A stretch of 32,000 nt of DNA, taken from Candidatus Saccharimonadota bacterium (GTDB taxonomy: Bacteria > Patescibacteriota > Saccharimonadia > Saccharimonadales > Saccharimonadaceae). Under the pieces are notes generated by a model. It was not told the origin of the DNA. It did not search any database and worked only from the letters and a program-made list of their open reading frames with translations. The stretch lies in contig DIRZ01000001.1 in assembly GCA_002421785.1 (NCBI GenBank), positions 150,001 through 182,000 on the forward strand. The letters run 5' to 3'. Position numbers and translations under genes: made by a program. Positions 24,960-32,000 of this stretch are shown piece by piece. Numbering within the stretch: position 1 is the stretch's first letter; the number at the start of each line of letters is the position of its first letter.

Positions 24960-25148
24960 CTACGGCTCTTCGGGAATCACAACCCACAGCACGAGGTATG
25001 GCAACAGGCCTGGCAGCCCACCAGGCAGCAGCATCAAAACGAAAACGACACGCACGATAGTAGGGTCGATATTGAAATACCTTCCTAGCCCTCCACATAT
25101 CCCGGCGATTTTACGGTCAGTTTTTGAACGATATAATGTCTTTGCCAT
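24960..25148 (-). CDS. PspC domain-containing membrane protein
   Basis: 62 aa. LYRSKTDRKIAGICGGLGRYFNIDPTIVRVVFVL is the PspC-domain signature, followed by one TM helix. AAGGAG SD upstream. Confidence 0.8.
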   Translation of the reverse strand: MAKTLYRSKTDRKIAGICGGLGRYFNIDPTIVRVVFVLMLLPGGLPGLLPYLVLWVVIPEEP

Positions 25149-25158
25149 AGCAACTCCT

Positions 25159-25860
25159 TTATTCCATTATACAGCGTTCGACAAACGCACGGTACATGTG
25201 CACACCGGTCAGGTCTGACTCGGGGTGCCACTGCATACCAAAATGCCAATCTCCCACTTTTGCCGCTTCCACGATACCATCTTTCGTCGTTGCGCACACA
25301 TCAACGCCGCGCCCCAGACGGCCAATTGCTTGGTGGTGACGCGATGCGACCATGCGCGATGCCCCAGCCTCGATTCCCAAAAAGTTTTTCTCAAAAAATA
25401 CTTCATGCTCTACCCTATCATGGCCAACATTTTCGCCAAACTCCGTATCAATATCCTGCACTAACGAACCCCCATAGTGAATATTTAGCCGCTGAAGACC
25501 ATAGCATATGCCGAGGATTGGCATTTTATGCTCGTCGCACGCTTCGATGATACGCTTCTCCCACTCGAAGCGCTCTACTGGCTCAATATTACGAATCTCT
25601 TTAATGGGTTGCTCGTTATATAATCGCGGGTCGATGTCGTCACCACCCGAAATAACAATGCCGTTACATAGCTCAAGCACATGCTCGATACTCATTTCTG
25701 GTGACAGAATGAGCGGGACTGCACCGACCTGTGCAAATGCGTGCAAATAATCACGCCGTATATATACGCGCTGCACCCCAGGACCGCCAGCAGAAATAAC
25801 CGTACCATCATCCATCGATGGAATAATACCGATAATTGGAAGTGAGACAGTCGTCGCCAT
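25159..25860 (-). CDS. class I glutamine amidotransferase-like, gamma-glutamyl-GABA hydrolase (peptidase C26/PuuD) family
   Basis: 233 aa. Nucleophile elbow ILGICYGLQ and His-Glu context GMQWHPE. Confidence 0.85.
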   Translation of the reverse strand: MATTVSLPIIGIIPSMDDGTVISAGGPGVQRVYIRRDYLHAFAQVGAVPLILSPEMSIEHVLELCNGIVISGGDDIDPRLYNEQPIKEIRNIEPVERFEWEKRIIEACDEHKMPILGICYGLQRLNIHYGGSLVQDIDTEFGENVGHDRVEHEVFFEKNFLGIEAGASRMVASRHHQAIGRLGRGVDVCATTKDGIVEAAKVGDWHFGMQWHPESDLTGVHMYRAFVERCIME

Positions 25861-25865
25861 GAGCC

Positions 25866-28802
25866 TTACTGCGCCACTGGCGATTTCGTGAGCGAGATAT
25901 TGAGTGCAGCACCTTCAACGATGACAGATTCTACATACTCTTTGGCGCCTTCTGCGCCCAGACTGACGGCTAGTGTCTCAGCCTGAATCGTTTCACAGTG
26001 CTCGTCTATGGCAGCCCTTAGGTCATCACTGTCGGTTGTCAGCACCAACTCGATACGATCGTCAACGTTCAGCCCGGCTTTTTTACGTACCGATTGTATG
26101 TGACGCACCACTTCACGCATTATACCTTCGCGTTTCAACTCATCAGTAATGTGCCAGTCAATATCCATCATCTTCCAATCAATTCCAAGTGTAGAATGAG
26201 GCAGCTCTTCGCTGGTATTTACTTTGAACTCAAAGTTTATATTTGTCTCTTCAACAATCATAGCCTTTAATTCATCACGTAAATCGACACCGTATTTCTG
26301 GATTATATAAGAAGAACCTGCCAATCTTTGACGAACTTTGTAAGTTGGGCCTTGCTCTGCGCGTCGAGATAAGGCAATATTGATAAGCTCTCGGGCGTAC
26401 GTCATCTCATCCAGCACAGCCTTATCAACGTCTCCCGCGGCCATCCAGTCCTTTAAATGAACCGATTCGCTGTCGCCGGTGAGGTTATGGTACAACTCCT
26501 CCGCGAGGAATGGCGTGAACGGAGCCATGACATACGCCAGGCGCACCAACACATAGTGCAGTGTCCTATACGCGTCATTCTTGTCGCCATCATCTTCACT
26601 CTTCCAAAAGCGACGACGGCTTCGACGAACGTACCAGTTACTCGCATCATCAAGGAACGGCAAAATTGGATTGAGGGCATCGGGAATATTATAACCGTCC
26701 ATGTGGTGCTCAACCTCGCCAATCAGCTGGTGCAGGCGAGACACAATCCAGATATCAAGCGGATTTGTCAGTTCTGTCAGCGGGTCGGTAAAGTTTCCAT
26801 CATATTCCCAGCCATCAACCTCTGCATACATCGTAAAGAAGTCGTACATATTCCATATCATGCCGAGCTTGCGCGCCACATCGCCCACTTCTTTGTCGTG
26901 AAGCGCAAAGTCCTCGCCGTTCAGTAGTGGCGAGCCAAGCAACAAGAACCGGAGTGAATCCGCCGAAAACTTATCCATTAGTTCATTCGGATCAGTATAG
27001 TTACCATAGCTTTTGCTCATTTTGCGGCCATCATTACCGGCAACGTTACCCGTGACAATCACGTTCTTGAATGAGTTTTCGCCAAAAAGCGCGACGCTCA
27101 TTGCATGCATATAATAGAACCACGCTCGCACCTGCCCGATGTACTCCACGATAAAATCACCAGGGAAGTTCGCTTCAAACTTCTCCTTATTTTCGAACGG
27201 GTAATGGAACTGAGCGAACGGCATGCTACCCGCCTCGAACCAGCTATCCATTACCTTATCGGTGCGCCGATACTCAACGCCATCGATAGTAAAGGTAATG
27301 TCATCTACCCATGGGCGGTGATAGTCATCGAGTTCTACGCCAGATAGTTCCTTCAACTCGGCGTACGAGCCCACAACGCGAACATGCTCTTTGCCTTCAG
27401 CGTCCGTTCCCTTCCATACTGGCATCGCCGTCGCCCAAAAACGGTCACGAGAAATATTCCAGTCAGGCGCCTGTTCAACCGTCTTCGCGAATCGCCCTTC
27501 TTTCACGTGTTCGGGGAACCATGTAATAGGCTCGTTCTTTTCGAGCATCATTTCGCGCTGGCCATCAATGTCCATAAACCAGCTTGGGTGCGCACGATAC
27601 ATAAGCTTGGTACCACATCGATGACAGTGTGGGTAGCTGTGACGAATGTAATCAATCTTCCAAACGACGCCTCGCTCCTTCAGGTCCTTAGCGATCTGTT
27701 TGTTCACTTCCCATACGTTTGCCCCTACCCAATCACTTTCCGTAAAGTCACCATTTTCATCAATCGTGTGCACCACCGGAATTTTATGCTCCTTCGCAAG
27801 CGCGAAGTCCTCTTCACCATATGCTGGCGCAATGTGCACAATGCCCGTACCATCTTCGTGACTAACATAGTCCGCCGCCCATACTTTATGCGCATTTTCA
27901 CCACGGTTATTTCCTAGCAGTGGCTCATATGACACTCCAACCAGTTCGCTCCCTGCGAGTTCACGCAACACCTTATAGTCTAGCGGATGATGTTTCTCAT
28001 CTTGCAGCACCTTGCCCAGCAGTTCCTTCGCCAGGATAAATATCTCTCCGCCCACCTCTACCTCGACATATACGAGCTTTTCATTCACCGCCAGTGCAGT
28101 GTTGGCGGGGAGCGTCCACGGTGTCGTCGTCCAAGCAAGGAGCGTCGATCCGCTTTCAAGTTTAAATTTCACGTACACGCTCGGGTCTGTAACATCCTGG
28201 TAGGCGCCCGCGTCCATCGTTACTTCTGCTTTACTGAGCGGCGTCGCATCCAGCGTACAGTACATCAGTACTTTTTCACCCTCATAAATCTTGCCCTTTT
28301 CGTACAGGGTCTTAAATGCCCACCACACACTTTCCATGTAGCTCTTGTCCATCGTCTTGTAGGCACCCTTGAAATCAACCCAGCGGCCAATGCGGTCCAC
28401 AGTTGACTCCCATTCGCTACTCGTCTGCACCATATTTTCCCGACATGCGATAATATACTTTTCGATACCGTACTCAATGACTTCCTCGCGGCTTTTTATT
28501 CCCAGCTTCTTTTCGGTATAACGCTCCGCAGGCAGACCATGACAGTCCCATCCCCATACGCGCTCGACGCGCCTCCCCTTCATTGTCTGGTAACGAGGTA
28601 TGGCGTCTTTCACAATACTTGAAAGCAATGTGCCGTGATGCGGCACGCCGGAAATAAATGGTGGCCCATCATAAAAAACGTATGAGTTGTCCGCTGGACG
28701 ATTTTCAACCGATTTTTCAAATGTGCGATTCGCCTTCCAGCGCTGCACCCAATCCTTTTCATATTCGAGTGCTCGTCGTCGATTGCCAGATGTAAACTTC
28801 AT
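25866..28802 (-). CDS. ileS: isoleucine--tRNA ligase, type 2 (eukaryote/actinobacteria-like)
   Basis: 978 aa. FYDGPPFISGVPHHGTLL (HIGH region in its type 2 form), the CP1 editing region and KMSKS (GRKMSKSYGNY). AAGGAG SD 7 nt upstream. Confidence 0.95.
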   Translation of the reverse strand: MKFTSGNRRRALEYEKDWVQRWKANRTFEKSVENRPADNSYVFYDGPPFISGVPHHGTLLSSIVKDAIPRYQTMKGRRVERVWGWDCHGLPAERYTEKKLGIKSREEVIEYGIEKYIIACRENMVQTSSEWESTVDRIGRWVDFKGAYKTMDKSYMESVWWAFKTLYEKGKIYEGEKVLMYCTLDATPLSKAEVTMDAGAYQDVTDPSVYVKFKLESGSTLLAWTTTPWTLPANTALAVNEKLVYVEVEVGGEIFILAKELLGKVLQDEKHHPLDYKVLRELAGSELVGVSYEPLLGNNRGENAHKVWAADYVSHEDGTGIVHIAPAYGEEDFALAKEHKIPVVHTIDENGDFTESDWVGANVWEVNKQIAKDLKERGVVWKIDYIRHSYPHCHRCGTKLMYRAHPSWFMDIDGQREMMLEKNEPITWFPEHVKEGRFAKTVEQAPDWNISRDRFWATAMPVWKGTDAEGKEHVRVVGSYAELKELSGVELDDYHRPWVDDITFTIDGVEYRRTDKVMDSWFEAGSMPFAQFHYPFENKEKFEANFPGDFIVEYIGQVRAWFYYMHAMSVALFGENSFKNVIVTGNVAGNDGRKMSKSYGNYTDPNELMDKFSADSLRFLLLGSPLLNGEDFALHDKEVGDVARKLGMIWNMYDFFTMYAEVDGWEYDGNFTDPLTELTNPLDIWIVSRLHQLIGEVEHHMDGYNIPDALNPILPFLDDASNWYVRRSRRRFWKSEDDGDKNDAYRTLHYVLVRLAYVMAPFTPFLAEELYHNLTGDSESVHLKDWMAAGDVDKAVLDEMTYARELINIALSRRAEQGPTYKVRQRLAGSSYIIQKYGVDLRDELKAMIVEETNINFEFKVNTSEELPHSTLGIDWKMMDIDWHITDELKREGIMREVVRHIQSVRKKAGLNVDDRIELVLTTDSDDLRAAIDEHCETIQAETLAVSLGAEGAKEYVESVIVEGAALNISLTKSPVAQ

Positions 28803-28838
28803 AAATGCTCCTTATCGTTTATTATATTTGTGATAAAT

Positions 28839-29015
28839 AAAAAACTACTGCTTTTGACTACGAGAACCGAATTATCCGGTGGTACCATCTCGTTTCCAAA
28901 AGAAGTAGTTCTTTTAGCGCTCTGTTGTTCGCTTTGTCGCAGCGTTCGCGGTGAGTTCTACTTGGGCGCACCCTTTCTTCCCACGACTCGTGGTTGATAG
29001 CCACTCAGACGTCTT
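28839..29015 (-). promoter_or_regulatory. structured ileS leader; candidate T-box-like tRNA-sensing riboswitch ending in a hairpin plus U-run
   Basis: Minus strand 28860-28893 reads ACGAGA/UGGUACC/ACCG-GAUAAUU-CGGU/UCUCGU, i.e. helix, 7-nt bulge, helix, loop. A 14-bp outer stem (28897-28910 with 28843-28856) is followed by U6. AUC-A lies at 28995-28998. No covariance-model test was possible. Confidence 0.4.
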
Positions 29016-29021
29016 AGCCCT

Positions 29022-29027
29022 ATTATA
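29022..29027 (-). promoter_or_regulatory. candidate -10 box (perfect TATAAT) of the ileS leader promoter
   Basis: Minus strand reads TTGTAT, 16-nt spacer, TATAAT, directly downstream of the DoxX terminator. Confidence 0.5.
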
Positions 29028-29047
29028 CCTCTCGCCTCTCCAAATAC

Positions 29048-29079
29048 AAAATACACAGCTTGCGGTAGCTGTGTATTTT
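29048..29079 (-). terminator. rho-independent terminator downstream of the DoxX gene
   Basis: 13-bp perfect stem AAAATACACAGCT/AGCTGTGTATTTT with a 6-nt loop. A/T runs on both sides give it a bidirectional shape. Confidence 0.8.
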
Positions 29080-29094
29080 GAATAGTCAGTAAAA

Positions 29095-29607
29095 CTACCA
29101 GAGCCAAGGATTCTTTTTGACCGTTGGGGTCTGAAGCCATGTATCAAGTAGGCTAAACTTACGCGGCGCAAGCGCAGCAACCCACAGTAGTACCGAATAC
29201 ACAAGGTGTTCGTCGATAAGTGGATTATTCTTGAGCGGAAGCTGAGCCGCCCACATCATTACAAGCAGCGCTGTTCCTGCAACTGCAGCAACACGCAACC
29301 CGATACCAAGGATTAGTGATACACCCAAACCAAGAAGACCAAGCATAAACAGCCAATCAACGAGCACGTTACCCGCAAGTCCATTGAACATTGCAGCGAA
29401 CGGACTCTCGGGGTTGACGCCAAACTTCAGAAAACCTGCTGTTGGCGATACACCGTTGACCCATGATTCGCCGTATTTTGTTGCGAACCCAAGGCCCATC
29501 GTCTTATCGAGGAATGCCCACAAAAAGACGAAACCGAGCATAATTCGCGCAACCGCAATTGCTGTCCATGCATGGTCATATGTTACGTTTTTCTTTGCTT
29601 TTACCAT
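29095..29607 (-). CDS. DoxX family membrane protein
   Basis: 170 aa with four hydrophobic helices and a DoxX-like N-terminal pattern (ARIMLGFVFLWAFLDK). AAAGGAGGG SD upstream. Confidence 0.75.
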   Translation of the reverse strand: MVKAKKNVTYDHAWTAIAVARIMLGFVFLWAFLDKTMGLGFATKYGESWVNGVSPTAGFLKFGVNPESPFAAMFNGLAGNVLVDWLFMLGLLGLGVSLILGIGLRVAAVAGTALLVMMWAAQLPLKNNPLIDEHLVYSVLLWVAALAPRKFSLLDTWLQTPTVKKNPWLW

Positions 29608-29682
29608 TTTACTGTGCCCTCCTTTAGCAAATGGGTTATGCGTATACTGTACGCTAACGTATCCAAAAAATAAAGCCTAAGC

Positions 29683-30312
29683 TTAAAATAGGTACGGGCC
29701 ATACTTAGCCAAGATAGCCGCGACTAGCACAAAGACAATCGTGAACAATGCCATTTTGTCATAATCCTTGTCGATGAAACGATGTAGCGCTTTCTCTAGG
29801 CCGGCACTTAGATACAGATTACCTTCGCGAATGTTATAGCGCGTAATCGCAAACCATACAAACGTCGTTGTCGCCGTCACCAGCAGACACCATGGACATA
29901 GCGCGCCAATCACGAAATAACTTGTACCGAATAGCCAAAACGCAAAAATCAGTCCCAAGGTGTAAAAAATTTGTGCAACAAACATAAATAGTCGTGGGAA
30001 TTTCGTCCCCGCGAGCCCAGCAATCGCGACGGTGATAACGATTGGCTCCGCGATGAGCCCAAGGAAGCTATTAGGAAAACCAAACAAATGCGCCGATGGG
30101 TGTAGCCCCACTGTTGCACAGTTCAAAACAGCGTTAAAATTACAAGCCAGCACTGCATCAGCATTCTTAGCGAGTTCAACCGCCTCAACAGAGAGTACAA
30201 ACGAGGCAATCAAGCTAGCTATCGCCCCCACAAGCATACTGGCAAATATCCACCGATTATCACGCAGCTTTTTATCTTCATGCGTAAAATACTCTTTAAT
30301 CCTGCGAAACAT
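29683..30312 (-). CDS. vitamin K epoxide reductase (VKOR) family protein, DsbB-like
   Basis: 209 aa with a polytopic topology. Loop cysteine pair C-x7-C (ACNFNAVLNC) and membrane-embedded CPWC (CxxC), as in VKOR homologs. Confidence 0.85.
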   Translation of the reverse strand: MFRRIKEYFTHEDKKLRDNRWIFASMLVGAIASLIASFVLSVEAVELAKNADAVLACNFNAVLNCATVGLHPSAHLFGFPNSFLGLIAEPIVITVAIAGLAGTKFPRLFMFVAQIFYTLGLIFAFWLFGTSYFVIGALCPWCLLVTATTTFVWFAITRYNIREGNLYLSAGLEKALHRFIDKDYDKMALFTIVFVLVAAILAKYGPYLF

Positions 30313-30562
30313 AGTAACTCACCTCGTTTATCGTGGGGAGAATAGCACCTCTCCACATATTTTGTAATTGGCCATCATTGCTCAGAGCGATAATGGTTGG
30401 GTATTCCACGACATCATACGCGCGACAAAATAATTCACCTTCGGTAGATTCGGGGTCGAGCACTTCTATCGTTCTGCCTGTTTGACGCGCAAAATCTGCT
30501 AGAAAATCATCCACGATTCGCGTATAATCCTGATCGTTTTTATATACTACCACCACGCGCAC
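30296..30562 (-). CDS. hypothetical protein, thioredoxin/NrdH-glutaredoxin-like fold suspected but without CxxC
   Basis: 88 aa. GTG start 8 nt after an AAGGAG SD. MRVVVVYKNDQDYT resembles the NrdH/Grx N-terminus (..YTRNDCVQC) with CxxC replaced. YPT (cis-Pro position) is retained. Overlaps the VKOR start by 17 nt. Confidence 0.55.
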   Translation of the reverse strand: MRVVVVYKNDQDYTRIVDDFLADFARQTGRTIEVLDPESTEGELFCRAYDVVEYPTIIALSNDGQLQNMWRGAILPTINEVSYYVSQD

Positions 30563-30564
30563 GA

Positions 30565-31026
30565 CTACTTCTCCTTCCTGCTTACTCGGCGTTGCTCGAG
30601 GATTTGCACGAAATCGTCGAGTGTCTTAAATTTATGAAACACGCTTGCGAAACGAACATACGCAACCTCATTCTTTGCCGCCAGCTCATCCAGCACAAGC
30701 TCACCGATTTGCCCTGAAAGCACTTCGCTCTCGCCTAATTCATACAATGCCTCTTCGACATTGTTAATAATCGCCTCAATTTCCACTTCACTCTTAAAGA
30801 ATTTGCCCACAGACCGGCGTATCGCTGTTGTTAGCTTTTCACGATCAAACAACTCCCGTGCCCCATCCTTCTTAATAACGGCCAAGTTTGGATGTTCAAT
30901 GCGTTCGTATGTCGTAAATCGGTGCGTGCCATCCATTGTTTCGCGGCGGCGTCGAATCGTAATTCCATCCGCACTTTCGCGCGATTCAAGTACTCGGCTA
31001 TCGCCGATTTTGTAGTTATGTGCCAT
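30565..31026 (-). CDS. nrdR: NrdR-family transcriptional regulator with ATP-cone; zinc-ribbon cysteines all absent
   Basis: 153 aa. DSRVLESR...IRRRRE....HRFTTYE plus an ATP-cone (VIKKDGARELFDREKL...VAYVRFASV) align with NrdR. The positions of the four Zn-ligand Cys are H3, K6, T30 and G33, and the protein contains no Cys at all. Confidence 0.85.
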   Translation of the reverse strand: MAHNYKIGDSRVLESRESADGITIRRRRETMDGTHRFTTYERIEHPNLAVIKKDGARELFDREKLTTAIRRSVGKFFKSEVEIEAIINNVEEALYELGESEVLSGQIGELVLDELAAKNEVAYVRFASVFHKFKTLDDFVQILEQRRVSRKEK

Positions 31027-31042
31027 GGGCTGTTATCCCTTC

Positions 31043-32000
31043 CTAAGATTCGTCTGATTGCTTGTTTTTGTTGCGGCGACGGAGAAATGCCGGCGTATCG
31101 TCGTCATCGTCGCTTTCAGCCGGCTGATTCCAAATATTGCCTGATGGCTCTTCAGCAAAATGCTTCGCTGCATCTGCATGATTGAGGTCCATATCGATAT
31201 CCTTGACGGCATTGTCATCGATTTGTGCGGTCGCCGCACTCGCAGTTGACTTATCGAGTTCTTCGGCCTGCTGATGGAAATACGCGCTATCAAAGCCTGT
31301 CGCGATAACCGTAATAATCAGCTCATCCTCAAGCTCTGGCTTCAATGTTGCACCAAAGATGATGTTGGCATCAGGGCTCACCGCGCTCGTAATGATTTCA
31401 GCCGCTTCCTGAATCTCACTCATGCTCATGTCGTAGCCACCGGTAACGTTGAACAGAACGCCCTTAGCACCGTCAATTGATACTTCAATAAGCGGGCTTT
31501 CGATGGCTTGCTGTGCTGCTTGCGCAGCACGATCATCACCACTGGCGCGACCAATACCCATCAGCGCACTACCAGCGTTGCTCATAATAGCTTTTACGTC
31601 CGCAAAGTCGAGGTTGATCAAACCATGCTCAGTAATGAGCTCAGAAATACCCTGAACGCCCTGACGCAATACGTCATCGGCAATTTTGAATGTTTCCAGC
31701 AGCGGCGTCCTGCGATCGATTGTCTGCAGTAGCCGGTCGTTAGGAATCGTAATGAGCGTGTCAACCTGCCTACCGAGCTGAGCAATTGCCCACTCTGCAT
31801 TTGAACGACGCTTTTCGCCTTCAAAACTAAAGGGTTTTGTTGCTACACCGACAACCAATATACCAAGCTCACGGGCAACTTCTGCAACCACGTGGCCCGC
31901 ACCACTTCCGGTGCCTCCACCTGCACCAATGGTAACAAATACCATATCAGCGCCTTCAAGCGCATCTTTAATCTCATCAATCGATTCGCGCGCCGCAGTC
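31043..32000 (-). CDS. ftsZ: cell division protein FtsZ (3' part; N-terminus lies beyond the window end)
   Basis: GGGTGSG tubulin signature. The reading frame stays open to position 32000 (…[17 protein letters not shown]…). C-terminal linker and the conserved DTPAFLRRR peptide are present. Confidence 0.95.
   Translation of the reverse strand, partial: TAARESIDEIKDALEGADMVFVTIGAGGGTGSGAGHVVAEVARELGILVVGVATKPFSFEGEKRRSNAEWAIAQLGRQVDTLITIPNDRLLQTIDRRTPLLETFKIADDVLRQGVQGISELITEHGLINLDFADVKAIMSNAGSALMGIGRASGDDRAAQAAQQAIESPLIEVSIDGAKGVLFNVTGGYDMSMSEIQEAAEIITSAVSPDANIIFGATLKPELEDELIITVIATGFDSAYFHQQAEELDKSTASAATAQIDDNAVKDIDMDLNHADAAKHFAEEPSGNIWNQPAESDDDDDTPAFLRRRNKNKQSDES

Noticed and set aside
28803-28888. 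Upstream ORF in the ileS leader starting at ATG 28888 (MVPPDNSVLVVKSSSFLFITNIIND...) with clustered Ile codons, as a possible attenuation leader peptide
   Set aside because: No SD precedes it. The Ile codons lie downstream of the hairpin/U-run rather than before it, which does not fit attenuation logic. The ORF runs out of frame into ileS.
28803-29094. Possible tRNA, tmRNA, SRP RNA or other stable RNA gene in the large DoxX-ileS gap; track ORFs 28914-29204 and 28958-29140
   Set aside because: There is no T-loop (GGTTCGAATCC-like) or acceptor/CCA features, no tmRNA tag ending in ALAA, and no SRP domain IV motif. The ORFs overlap the DoxX 3' end and its terminator and look non-coding. A cis-regulatory leader explains the region better.
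29659-29682. Small AAGC-TTAG-GCTT hairpin plus T-run after the VKOR gene as a terminator
   Set aside because: A 4-bp stem is too weak to call. VKOR and DoxX may be co-transcribed.
1-32000. CRISPR arrays, transposases/integrases, prophage genes, rRNA/tRNA genes, recoded stop codons
   Set aside because: No repeat-spacer periodicity, no recognisable mobile-element proteins and no tRNA-like structures were seen. The gene ends I checked terminate with TAA or TAG at homology-consistent positions, so nothing here suggests stop-codon reassignment.

Overview
Dense, almost entirely protein-coding window of about 31 CDS. I found no rRNA, tRNA, CRISPR array or mobile element. Most genes are core housekeeping. 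They include lysS, greA, proS, an rseP-uppS-frr block, tsf-rpsB, rpmE2, prfA-prmC, htrA, an LCP-family gene, lepB, parAB, rplU, ileS, nrdR and the 3' part of ftsZ (cut at the window edge). The rpsB-tsf-X-frr-uppS-rseP-...-proS order is an eroded version of the Firmicute-type cluster. pyrH, cdsA and dxr are missing from their usual slots. Proteins are short (ProRS lacks the INS editing domain, EF-Ts is 199 aa). Genes abut or overlap, and two convergent pairs share their stop codons. Together this fits a reduced-genome bacterium, possibly Patescibacteria/CPR (Saccharibacteria-like); that assignment is inference only. Best candidates for something undescribed: (1) at 53-3250, a tandemly duplicated, translationally coupled two-gene module pairing a ~430-aa Arg/Lys-rich helical protein with a ~97-aa extremely acidic protein, neither in a family I recognise; (2) a ~210-nt structured leader upstream of ileS with a T-box-antiterminator-like helix/UGGUACC-bulge/helix module in an unusual topology; (3) an NrdR homolog that has lost all four zinc-ribbon cysteines, followed by a thioredoxin/NrdH-like ORF without CxxC, a VKOR homolog and a DoxX protein; (4) repeated placement of TATAAT-like -10 boxes 6-12 nt upstream of start codons that lack an SD, suggesting leaderless mRNAs at operon heads. 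Several ORF-track starts are TTG/GTG extensions. I re-called those starts from SD position and homology.
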